A stretch of DNA of 64,000 nt from Candidatus Omnitrophota bacterium (lineage in GTDB: Bacteria; Omnitrophota; Gorgyraeia; Duberdicusellales; 4484-171). The notes beneath the pieces were generated by a model. The model was not told the DNA's origin, did no database searches, and was given only the letters and a program-made list of their open reading frames with translations. The position numbers and the translations under genes were made by a program. Each line of letters begins with the position of its first letter. Position 1 is the first letter of the stretch. Shown piece after piece: positions 39,275 through 47,890 of the stretch. Location of the stretch: the NCBI GenBank assembly GCA_003154195.1, contig PMCS01000029.1, positions 208,703 through 272,702 of the forward strand, read 5' to 3'.

Positions 39275-40954
39275 ATGTCTAAAGTTATTCTTTGTATCCC
39301 CCCTGATTACGATTATAATTTTCCCCCCTTAGGCACGCCGGTCTTACTGGGATTTCTTAAAAGCAAAGGAATTAAAGCCGGGCAGGTCGATTTAAATCTG
39401 GCTTACCGCGATTTTCTTTTATCGAAAATTAAAGGCAAGGGATTGACCGCCGGCGACAAGAAATTACTTTTGCGGCGGTTGGTAAATGATTTTTTTACCC
39501 AGCGGCTTAAAGGGCATTATTATTCCCAATTGTTACCGCGTAGGCGCGGTAAGGCCTTGGCAGATCTTCCTTACGGTAATAGCTCCAACAGCTCATTTTA
39601 TTTCACCGAGCGCCTTTTATCTTCGAAGTATCTTTTTCGTTATCTGGCGGATAAGGAGAACAATACTTTTTATCAATTCTATCTCGCCGAAAGAATTATC
39701 ACTCGTCTTAAAAAAGATAAGATTGATTTGATCGGTATTTCGGTGATCTCGCCTTCGCAGGCTATTCCGGCGCTTACTTTAGGATTATTGATAAAACAAC
39801 TTCTCCCGGATGTACATGTTAACCTCGGCGGGCAATGGGTGACATTATTCCGGGATGAACTTAAAAAACGTGATGATTTTTTTGCCTGCTTCGACAGTCT
39901 GATCGTTTTTGAGGGTGAAACGCCGCTCTATGCGTTGGTCGATGCTTGGCGTGGGAGTAAAAAGGCTTTGCCGCCCTTGGCTAACGTAATTACCCAAAAA
40001 AATAAAAAACCGTTGCTTAACCCGCGAGGCGAAGATATAAACGCTTTGGCTACGCCGGATTTTTCCGGGTTACCTTTAAACCGTTATGATTCGAGTAAGG
40101 TCACGCCGCACCTTACCTATGAGACTTCACGCGGTTGTTATTGGTCTAAGTGCGCTTATTGTGTCGATTTGCCTTTACCGAAACCGTCTTATCGGGCTAA
40201 AAGCGCCGATCGTGTTGCCGCCGAAGTCAAAGAGTTGATCAAGCGATTCGGCGTAACTGATTTGATGATGGGTGATCCCGGCATGGCGCCGCGCCAGATG
40301 CTCGAAATATCGCGCGCCTTAATCAAAAATAGCATAAAAATCAAATGGTGGACCATGGCTCGCCTTGACTCCGGGTTTAACCAGAAAATTTTTGCAACAG
40401 CTAAACAAGCCGGCCTTTTCCAGGTTAATTTCGGTTTCGAATCGGCGTGTGACCGGGTGTGCGATTTTCTCCATAAAGGCAACCGGCAGGCTATTTCTGC
40501 CCGAGTGATCCAGGATTGCGCGCAATCGGGTGTTCGGGTAGATTTGCAGACCATGATCGGTATGCCGGGGGAAACGCATGGTGACGCGATGGAAACCGTC
40601 GGTTTTTTGATCGAAAATAAAAAAGATATCGCCGCCGTGACTTTTAACATTTTTTATCTCACCCCGGGTAATTATGTCTATCACAGTCCTAGGAATTACG
40701 GGGTAAGTTTTAATAAAAATAAAGTTTTACCGTTTCAATTTTTTATTCCGTTTAAAAATAAGCATGGTATGACCGCAGACCAGGCCGGGTTCATTATGAA
40801 TGTGTATCATCAGCTTTTAGCCGGGGCTAACGCCGGAACTTCAGTCTCCAAAGACCGGCGCAAACGATTCGGAAAGGTAAGTTTTTCGCTATGCGGCGAA
40901 TCCATCGGGATCAAATGGGAAAAATACGCGTCAGGAAATATTGTGATTAAATGA
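39275..40954 (+). CDS. B12-binding domain radical SAM protein (second paralog)
   Basis: 559 aa. N-terminal B12-binding-like region and radical SAM motif CYWSKCAYC. Confidence 0.85.
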   Translation: MSKVILCIPPDYDYNFPPLGTPVLLGFLKSKGIKAGQVDLNLAYRDFLLSKIKGKGLTAGDKKLLLRRLVNDFFTQRLKGHYYSQLLPRRRGKALADLPYGNSSNSSFYFTERLLSSKYLFRYLADKENNTFYQFYLAERIITRLKKDKIDLIGISVISPSQAIPALTLGLLIKQLLPDVHVNLGGQWVTLFRDELKKRDDFFACFDSLIVFEGETPLYALVDAWRGSKKALPPLANVITQKNKKPLLNPRGEDINALATPDFSGLPLNRYDSSKVTPHLTYETSRGCYWSKCAYCVDLPLPKPSYRAKSADRVAAEVKELIKRFGVTDLMMGDPGMAPRQMLEISRALIKNSIKIKWWTMARLDSGFNQKIFATAKQAGLFQVNFGFESACDRVCDFLHKGNRQAISARVIQDCAQSGVRVDLQTMIGMPGETHGDAMETVGFLIENKKDIAAVTFNIFYLTPGNYVYHSPRNYGVSFNKNKVLPFQFFIPFKNKHGMTADQAGFIMNVYHQLLAGANAGTSVSKDRRKRFGKVSFSLCGESIGIKWEKYASGNIVIK

Positions 40955-43011
40955 GCGGACAAAATATTACGTTTTTTGAGGTAAAGGGTTTTTGCATGTG
41001 GCCATTTTTACGCGCCGGCCAAAAAATATTAATTAAAAAAATAGCCGGTTCGGAATTTAATCCCGGGGATTTGATGCTTTACCATGCCGACGGCCAGTTA
41101 CTTTGCCATCGTCTGCTGCGTAAAGAGAAAAAAAACGGTAGTTGGGTATTTTATTGCCGTCCGGATACCTCCGGCCCCGGCGGGGAACCGGTTAGTGAAA
41201 ATATGGTGGAAGGCAAAGTCGCAGCGGTGGTCAGCGCGAACAAAATAGTCGGCTTGGAAACGCCTTGGGCACGCTTCCGGGCGGTTATGATTCTATTTTT
41301 TTTGTCGCCGATTTTGGCTCATTTTAACCGACTATATAAAAAAATAAAAATTCTAAAAATATTAAAAAATAACTATTTGCTTATATTTATCCTATTGTGC
41401 GCGGCAATGGTAAGAATTTGGGGGATAGGCTTCGGATTGCCGAATACAAATTGCCGGCCGGATGAGGAACAAATCGTGGATATCGTAAAATCTCCATTGC
41501 ATAATTTTAATCCCGAAGCGTTTAATTACCCGTCCCTGTACAAATATATTAATTTTTGTTTTTATGGATTATATTTTATTTTTGGTTTATTTACCGGCAA
41601 ATATAGATTGCTGTCGGATTTTGTTAGAGAGGTTGTCGTTACAAATTATAAAGACCTTTATTTAATCAATAGGTTTCTCTCCGCGTCTTTTGGCGTGGCG
41701 ACGGTATTTATGTGCTATAAGGCAGCCGAAAGATTTTTTGATAGAAAAACTGCAATAATTTCCGCATTTTTTTTGAGTTTCGCATATCTTCACGTCAGAG
41801 ACTCTCACTTTGGAACTGTTGATGTCCCGGCAGTTTTTTTTGTTATGTGCTCCATGCTTTTTATCATAAAATCTCACCAGGATAACTTAATAAAAAACTA
41901 TATTTTATCCGGGGTATTTGCCGGGCTAGCCGCTTCTACTAAATATATCGGCATCTTATTAATTGCGCCGATGTTAATTGTTAATAGTTTAAGCCTATCT
42001 CTGACTAAAGGCGAAGATAAGGCGTTGGCGCATCCGCTTTCTCCTGCTAAAAAAATGTTGTTTTTTATAATCTTTTTTATCGCGGCCTTTTTGTTAGGGA
42101 CTCCATATGCGGTATTAGATTTTAATCATTTTATAAGCGATTACTTGGGGACAATAAAACGTTTCATCCATGGGGAAGACATCATTCTTGGTAAAGGATG
42201 GTGGTATCATTTAAGGTTTTCTTTACTGTTTGGTATGGGCTTTAGTTTATTTTTCGCATCATTAGCGGGAATCTTAGTACTTATAAAAATTAATTTTAAA
42301 AAAGCGTTTATACTATGTTCCTTTCCATTGGTATATTATGCCATAATCGGCCGGGGATATGGAGTGTTCTTGAGATATGCTATTCCGCTTGTTCCCTATC
42401 TTTGCATTACTGCCGCCGTATCCACTGTATATCTTATTAATGGTCTTGGAAAATATTTAAACCCAATCTTAAATAAAGCGGTAATGCTGATATTTCCATT
42501 TTTAATTATCTTGCCTTCGGTTTATAATATTTTACGTTTTGATATTTTGCTGTCAAAAAAGGATAATCGCTTAATCGCGGCAGAATGGATCAACAAGAAT
42601 CTTCCCGAAAGAAGTTCTATCGCAATTTTTGACTCCGGCTACGGGATCCAGCTTGCCCCGGCATCCCTGGGGTTATCGGATAAAGATATGAGCCGGTCGG
42701 ATAAAATAATAATGGATTACTTAAGAAACAATAAGATCAAAGGTTTCAACCTAGACGGTTGGAATGGCCAATCAAATATGTCAAAATATATCGTTTTAGA
42801 AGAATCGCCCCTGAAGAGATTTTGTTTAATTGATCCGGAACAGAAAGAAATTATACTAAAATCTTATTATCTTTTGGCAGAATTCAAGTCGATTAACATT
42901 GACAATAAATCTAACTGGTTTGATCAGGATGACTGTTTCTATATGCCGTTCGTGGGCTTTAAAGAAATCCAAAGACCGGGTCCAAATATCTATATCTATA
43001 AAAAGAAATGA
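40951..43011 (+). CDS. Fusion protein: N-terminal S24/S26 (LexA/signal-peptidase-like) domain with Cys in the nucleophile position, followed by a GT-C (ArnT/PMT-like) membrane glycosyltransferase
   Basis: 686 aa. N-terminus VKGFCMWPFLRAGQKILIKK ... GDLMLYHADGQLLCHRLLRK follows the G-[SC]-M-x-P ... GD ... K/R layout of S24/S26 peptidases. Then more than 10 TMs. Start overlaps the stop of the B12-rSAM gene. Confidence 0.55.
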   Translation: MSGQNITFFEVKGFCMWPFLRAGQKILIKKIAGSEFNPGDLMLYHADGQLLCHRLLRKEKKNGSWVFYCRPDTSGPGGEPVSENMVEGKVAAVVSANKIVGLETPWARFRAVMILFFLSPILAHFNRLYKKIKILKILKNNYLLIFILLCAAMVRIWGIGFGLPNTNCRPDEEQIVDIVKSPLHNFNPEAFNYPSLYKYINFCFYGLYFIFGLFTGKYRLLSDFVREVVVTNYKDLYLINRFLSASFGVATVFMCYKAAERFFDRKTAIISAFFLSFAYLHVRDSHFGTVDVPAVFFVMCSMLFIIKSHQDNLIKNYILSGVFAGLAASTKYIGILLIAPMLIVNSLSLSLTKGEDKALAHPLSPAKKMLFFIIFFIAAFLLGTPYAVLDFNHFISDYLGTIKRFIHGEDIILGKGWWYHLRFSLLFGMGFSLFFASLAGILVLIKINFKKAFILCSFPLVYYAIIGRGYGVFLRYAIPLVPYLCITAAVSTVYLINGLGKYLNPILNKAVMLIFPFLIILPSVYNILRFDILLSKKDNRLIAAEWINKNLPERSSIAIFDSGYGIQLAPASLGLSDKDMSRSDKIIMDYLRNNKIKGFNLDGWNGQSNMSKYIVLEESPLKRFCLIDPEQKEIILKSYYLLAEFKSINIDNKSNWFDQDDCFYMPFVGFKEIQRPGPNIYIYKKK

Positions 43012-44447
43012 TGGAAGTTTTTTTAAAAGAAGATCACGACGAAGCGCTGAAGATTTGGCGTAAACTAAGCGTTAAAAACCTGGATTTGGTTCATGTAGAC
43101 GCACATATTGATTTCGTAATGCATTACGCGCGCGATCCCCAGGAAATACTCGCCCAGGCGGTCAATTTAAAACAACTGAAACAAAATCTCGAGTACACAT
43201 TATCTTTCTTAGAGTATGAAAAAGATTTGGATAAACAAACCGATATCGGTAATTATATTTACCCGGCGATGCGCGAAGGCCTGGTTAAAAATTTCTGGTG
43301 GGTTATTCCCGGCGATGCCGGCTCTTTTGAGAAAAATTTTAAATTGATAAAAAGGATATTTACCCGGTCGTTTACCGGACAAAAAGTAAAATTAATACAC
43401 AAAGCAAAAGGGTTAGCTTTTATTAAGGCGTGGGGTAGGGAATTTTGGGCCTGCACTTTGGAGACCTTGCCGGTTTTTTCTCAACCTGTGCTTTTGGATA
43501 TTGATACGGATTTTTTAGTGGTCGGTGATTTATCGCGCGCCGATAATACTTGTGATATCGGCAAGCGCAGGCCCTGGATAATACCGGAGGTGTTAAGAGA
43601 AAAGTTAGCCGCAAAAATAAAAAGCCCCGTGATAACTACGATTGTTTACTCGACCAACGGCGGGTTTACGCCCATGGTTTATCGCTGTCTGGGCGATGAA
43701 TTAGCCTATAGTTTTAATCAGCAAAAATTTGCCAAAAGTTTTTGCCGTCGTCGGCAAGCCGCACAAAACTTTAAAAAATTTTTAGCTTCCGGTAAAAAAA
43801 GCGATTATTGGCGGGCGGTTGGCTTTGATCCGGCCTATCGCGACGATGACAATAATTACGGGCCGTTGTATTTGGCCAAAAACCGCTTTAACCCGGCGCA
43901 AAAAGAAGTCAAAAAAATATTTTGTGTTGATCCCAAAAATCCGGCGGCTTTAAAGAATATGGGTGTAATCTTTTTGCGAAAGAAAAAATACTTGAAAGCA
44001 TTAAACTGTTTTCATTCGCCGTTAAAACAAAAATCAATTAAAAAAGGGTTACGCGCGCAAATTATTTTCGGGTTAGCTCAGGCAAATTTTGGATTAAAAC
44101 GGTTGGATGAGGCGCAAAAATTGTTTGCTTTACATCGACGCCTTATGCCGTTGGCGGGCGCAAGCTATTATTGGGCGGCAGATATTTACCGGGTAAAAAA
44201 AGAGTATGCTTTTGCCGCCGCAAGCTACCGCCACGCTTTGCGTCTAGGCGTCGGCGGGTTGGATGTTTTAGCCAAGCTTTTAAGGGTTTCTTTTAAGCTT
44301 GGCAAGACACAAAGGGATGATATAATTGCTTATGTAAAAATGCGAACCGGTAGTTTTAAGATACCGGCTAAAGGCAGCAAGCGGGTTAAGCGGAAAATAA
44401 CGATTCTTAAGCGGTTAATGAGGGAGGCAGGGGTTTATGCAAGATAA
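43008..44447 (+). CDS. Hypothetical protein: N-terminal arginase/deacetylase-fold-like (UPF0489-like) domain with C-terminal TPR repeats
   Basis: 479 aa. LVHVDAHIDF and LLDIDTDFLVVGD resemble the DAHxD / SFDxDxxDP metal-binding motifs of ureohydrolases. C-terminal TPR-like helices. Overlaps both neighbours by 4 and 11 nt. Confidence 0.4.
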   Translation: MMEVFLKEDHDEALKIWRKLSVKNLDLVHVDAHIDFVMHYARDPQEILAQAVNLKQLKQNLEYTLSFLEYEKDLDKQTDIGNYIYPAMREGLVKNFWWVIPGDAGSFEKNFKLIKRIFTRSFTGQKVKLIHKAKGLAFIKAWGREFWACTLETLPVFSQPVLLDIDTDFLVVGDLSRADNTCDIGKRRPWIIPEVLREKLAAKIKSPVITTIVYSTNGGFTPMVYRCLGDELAYSFNQQKFAKSFCRRRQAAQNFKKFLASGKKSDYWRAVGFDPAYRDDDNNYGPLYLAKNRFNPAQKEVKKIFCVDPKNPAALKNMGVIFLRKKKYLKALNCFHSPLKQKSIKKGLRAQIIFGLAQANFGLKRLDEAQKLFALHRRLMPLAGASYYWAADIYRVKKEYAFAAASYRHALRLGVGGLDVLAKLLRVSFKLGKTQRDDIIAYVKMRTGSFKIPAKGSKRVKRKITILKRLMREAGVYAR

Positions 44448-44718
44448 AGAAATTCTGAAAAAGAATAAAAATATCGTCAGCCGCGCCATCGGCGCGGAAA
44501 CCGTGCTCTTACCGATCTGCAAAGATACTAAAGAGATGAATTGTATTTATACGCTGAATAAACCGGCGGCGCGTGTTTGGGAGCTGATTGACGGTAAACG
44601 CGGTTTAAGCCGGATTAAAAAAGATATTCTCAACGAGTTTGACGTAAACGCCGGCGAACTTGATAAGCTGATGGCGGCATTGCTGAAAGACTTAAAAGAT
44701 ATAAAAGCGGTTAATTAA
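44437..44718 (+). CDS. PqqD-family protein (stand-alone RiPP recognition element, RRE)
   Basis: 93 aa. IVSRAIGAETVLLPI ... IYTLNKPAARVWELIDGKRGLSRIKKDILNEFDV matches the PqqD-like wHTH pattern. Confidence 0.7.
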   Translation: MQDKEILKKNKNIVSRAIGAETVLLPICKDTKEMNCIYTLNKPAARVWELIDGKRGLSRIKKDILNEFDVNAGELDKLMAALLKDLKDIKAVN

Positions 44719-44734
44719 GCCGTGGGAGGAGACT

Positions 44735-44944
44735 ATGAACAAACCCAAATTTAACCCGATCGTTACCCGTGTCAAGCTTAACCCCGAACAGGCAGTTTTG
44801 GCGTGCAGTTGTTATACAACAAACAGGAAATGCCCTGCCAACGGCACCGGCGGCCGAGTTGCCAACCGGAGCATTTGCCAGACCAATGTCTGTATTAATA
44901 ACTACTGCCTAAATGGAAACTCTGCAAACAGGTCATCAACTTAG
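44735..44944 (+). CDS. Candidate RiPP precursor peptide: 23-aa leader-like N-terminus plus 46-aa Cys/Asn/Ser/Thr-rich core with six Cys
   Basis: MNKPKFNPIVTRVKLNPEQAVLA | CSCYTTNRKCPANGTGGRVANRSICQTNVCINNYCLNGNSANRSST. RBS gggagg 6 nt upstream. Located between the RRE gene and the three SPASM radical SAM genes. Confidence 0.55.
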   Translation: MNKPKFNPIVTRVKLNPEQAVLACSCYTTNRKCPANGTGGRVANRSICQTNVCINNYCLNGNSANRSST

Positions 44945-44949
44945 GGGAG

Positions 44950-46029
44950 ATGCTTGCTCACGGATTAGCCTATCTTGAAGAGAAATTTTCCGATCAGCGG
45001 CATAAGCCTATAAATGGCCAGATCGATTTGACCTATCGCTGTGACTATAACTGTCGGCATTGCTATTGTAAAGGCAGTGAAAATATCGGCCGGGAATTGA
45101 CCACGGCCCAGGTCAAAAAAGTTTTAGATGAAATATATGCCGCCGGTTGTTTCTGGCTTACCTTAACCGGCGGCGACCCCTTGATCCGGCCGGATTTTAA
45201 AGAAATTTATGCTTATGCAAAACAAAAGGGGTTTGTCGTTACGATTTTAACCAATGGTTATCGCCTTAATCGCAAGTTGGTTGATTATTTCACCAAATAC
45301 CCGCCGCTTTCAATCGATATAACCCTAAACAGTCTGGATAAACTTATCTATGAAAAAATAATTGGATTTCCCGGTAAAGCCTTATCTCGTGTGTTGGATA
45401 ATATTCAATATGCATCGCGTAAGGGTATAGCTTTAATTATTAAAGCCAATGCCCTCAAAGAGAATAAAAACCAGATCGGCAGGATTAAGCGCTGGGCGCA
45501 TAATTTGCCGGGCAAATCTAAAGAAAACCTGTTTAATTTTCGTTACGACAATGTTATCTATCCGCGCTTAGATGGCGATCTTGAGCCTTGCCGCCACAGG
45601 CTTGATCAAAAAGAGCTGGGTGTTGTTTACGGGCTTGATTCGGATATTAAAAAAGACCGGCGAAATTATTTAAAAAGGGGATTTCCTTCCGGTAAAATAC
45701 CGCATCGTCCTTTGTATTTTTGTAATACTTTCCAAACGCAATTTTTTATTGATCCGTTTGGACGGTTAAAATTTTGCCCGCATACCGACAAATTCAGTGT
45801 GGATTTACGCAAGGTTTCTTTTGTCCGGGGTTTTTATGAGGAGTTCCCTAAGCTTACAACGGTGAGATTTAAAACTAATTCGCCTTGCCGCACTTGCCGT
45901 ATTCGTAAAATGTGCCGTTCTTGCCCGGCCGCTGCCCTTGCGGAGACCGGTGATGAAGAAAAGCCGGTTGAATATTTTTGCCATATGGCGCATCAATCGG
46001 CAAAAGATACTTTGCGCCTAAAAAAATAA
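44950..46029 (+). CDS. Radical SAM / SPASM-domain peptide-modifying enzyme (maturase 1)
   Basis: 359 aa. N-terminal CDYNCRHCYC. C-terminal SPASM auxiliary-cluster motif CRTCRIRKMCRSCPAAA plus the upstream Cys pair FCNTF ... KFCP. Confidence 0.85.
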   Translation: MLAHGLAYLEEKFSDQRHKPINGQIDLTYRCDYNCRHCYCKGSENIGRELTTAQVKKVLDEIYAAGCFWLTLTGGDPLIRPDFKEIYAYAKQKGFVVTILTNGYRLNRKLVDYFTKYPPLSIDITLNSLDKLIYEKIIGFPGKALSRVLDNIQYASRKGIALIIKANALKENKNQIGRIKRWAHNLPGKSKENLFNFRYDNVIYPRLDGDLEPCRHRLDQKELGVVYGLDSDIKKDRRNYLKRGFPSGKIPHRPLYFCNTFQTQFFIDPFGRLKFCPHTDKFSVDLRKVSFVRGFYEEFPKLTTVRFKTNSPCRTCRIRKMCRSCPAAALAETGDEEKPVEYFCHMAHQSAKDTLRLKK

Positions 46030-46031
46030 AG

Positions 46032-46895
46032 ATGAAAACCGGTGCTTTTAATGATTTTTGGCAGGGTATTCACGCCGACGCGGATACCAGGCATTTACCG
46101 TTGCGGGTAATGTTTGAGTTGACTTATAAATGCAACTTTCATTGCCGGCACTGCTATGTGCCGAAAAGCTGGCGCCGCAGAAAAGAATTAAACACCAAGG
46201 AAATATTAGGTATTATTAAACAACTTAAAACGGCCGGATGTTTTTATCTGGGATTTACCGGCGGCGAAATATTTATGCGTCCGGATATCTGGAAGATTTT
46301 AGAATTTTCGCGTAAGCAGGGGATGCAGATAATTTTGTATACCAACGGTTTTCTTGTTGATAAAAAAAATGCCCGGCTTATTGCCGGTATAGGGGTAAAT
46401 AAAGTAGATATTACATTGCCGGGAATAAGTGAAAAAGTTTTTGACGGTGTCACGGGAGTTAATGGCTCGCATAAGCGGGTATTTTCAGCAATTGATTTTT
46501 TACGTCGGAATAAAATAGACCTTGGCTTTAAAACCTGTTTGCTTAAGGCTAACCATGGTGAAATCAAGGCGATCGAAGCTTTTTGTGCCGGAATTAAAGC
46601 GCCGCATCGGCTTGATGATGCGCCTGTGCCGCCGATTGACCGATTGATGGCCGATCAGGCTAAACCAACCAAGTTATTTAAGTGCGGAAGCGGAATCGCA
46701 CAGTGCGCCATAACGCCGCAGGGCCAGGTAAAATTATGTCCGTTGGTTGATTGGCCGAAGATTAAGATATCCCAGAACCAAAAATTTTATCAGATTTGGG
46801 AAAAATTGCCGGAAATGATTAAAGCCGGTAAGTGCCGCCGGCCTTGTCCGTGCACCTTAGGCCGGTTAACGGAGGAGCTATGCGCTATTCAATAA
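46032..46895 (+). CDS. Radical SAM / SPASM(twitch)-domain enzyme (maturase 2)
   Basis: ATG at 46032 lies directly after the stop of maturase 1; the ORF-track start at 45978 would overlap by 50 nt. CNFHCRHCYV; C-terminal Cys cluster CGSGIAQCAITPQGQVKLCP ... CRRPCPC. Confidence 0.8.
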   Translation: MKTGAFNDFWQGIHADADTRHLPLRVMFELTYKCNFHCRHCYVPKSWRRRKELNTKEILGIIKQLKTAGCFYLGFTGGEIFMRPDIWKILEFSRKQGMQIILYTNGFLVDKKNARLIAGIGVNKVDITLPGISEKVFDGVTGVNGSHKRVFSAIDFLRRNKIDLGFKTCLLKANHGEIKAIEAFCAGIKAPHRLDDAPVPPIDRLMADQAKPTKLFKCGSGIAQCAITPQGQVKLCPLVDWPKIKISQNQKFYQIWEKLPEMIKAGKCRRPCPCTLGRLTEELCAIQ

Positions 46896-47890
46896 ACCTC
46901 GTTAGAAAGGAGAAAATTAGCGTGGATGTGCCTGCGCATAATAAGTTATCCCCCAGGAGAGGGCGTCTTTCTAACGGGGTAAAGTTTAAGATCGCCGATA
47001 TTGTTTTTAAGCTTACCAGCCGTTATCCGGTGATTTTCAAGGATAACCGGGAGCTTTATTTGCGTAAATACGGTAATTTTATTTATCGCGGTAAACAAAA
47101 CTCTGCGATAAACATATCGGTAGATGTGGTGGAAAAATTTCCCTTTTTTCCAGGCAAAAAAGTTTTTGCGGTGTATGAAGACGGCGGTGACGAGGAGCGA
47201 TGGCGGCTTTGGGAAAACAAGAACGAATATGTTTACCATTGTCCGATCCCCGAACGAGAATCTATGGCTTTCGTTGCTAAAGATTTTTCTTCTGCCCGGG
47301 CCTATGTCCCGCCGTTTGAGGGTAGATTTGCCTGGGATATCAAGGATATTCTTTATGACCTGATGCAAGTCATGCTGATTAACTATTTTGCTTATAACAA
47401 AAACGGATTGATCTTGCATGCGGCGGCGGTCAAAGATGGGCGGCAGGCCATAGTTTTTGCCGGTAAATCCGGTAACGGCAAAAGCACTACAGCGCGGTTA
47501 TGGCATCGGTATAGTAAAGCGGTGGTTTTGAACGATGACCGGGTGATTGTGCGTAAAACTGCCAAAGATTTTTTTGCTTATAGCGGGCCATGGCATGGAG
47601 AGTTTGGCAACTCGGTAGAGGCGTTTCCTAACCAGGCCCGTTTGTGCGGTTTATTCGTTTTAGAACACGCTAAAAAAAATTTTTGTTGTACTCTTCCCAG
47701 AGAAGAAGCATTTCGAACTTTATACCCTACGCTTTTTTCGGTATTTTGGAATCGCCTGTTAATGGATAATACATTGAGTTTGTGCGAAGAGCTGATAGAT
47801 ACGGCAGCCGTTTCGCGCTTGGGATTTGTTAAGGATAAAAATATAATATCTTTTGTGAGGCAAGAATTGGATGAAAGAGATTCAGTATAA
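46880..47890 (+). CDS. HPr kinase/phosphorylase C-terminal-domain-like protein (HprK-related kinase, RiPP-associated type)
   Basis: LILHAAAVKDGRQAIVFAGKSGNGKSTTA matches the HprK P-loop region. Probable ATG at 46880 after the RBS ggagg; the ORF track opens at 46832. Confidence 0.65.
   Translation: MRYSINLVRKEKISVDVPAHNKLSPRRGRLSNGVKFKIADIVFKLTSRYPVIFKDNRELYLRKYGNFIYRGKQNSAINISVDVVEKFPFFPGKKVFAVYEDGGDEERWRLWENKNEYVYHCPIPERESMAFVAKDFSSARAYVPPFEGRFAWDIKDILYDLMQVMLINYFAYNKNGLILHAAAVKDGRQAIVFAGKSGNGKSTTARLWHRYSKAVVLNDDRVIVRKTAKDFFAYSGPWHGEFGNSVEAFPNQARLCGLFVLEHAKKNFCCTLPREEAFRTLYPTLFSVFWNRLLMDNTLSLCEELIDTAAVSRLGFVKDKNIISFVRQELDERDSV

Noticed and set aside
37320-43011. GT-C proteins as N-oligosaccharyltransferases (PglB/STT3-like) acting on the N-x-S/T sequons of the peptide
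   Set aside because: No WWDYG-type motif or STT3-like C-terminal domain is visible. The proteins look ArnT/PMT-like instead. The sequon enrichment may simply reflect the Asn/Ser/Thr-rich composition.
45978-46031. Upstream start for the second SPASM rSAM
   Set aside because: It would overlap the previous gene by about 50 nt in another frame. The ATG at 46032 immediately follows the upstream stop.
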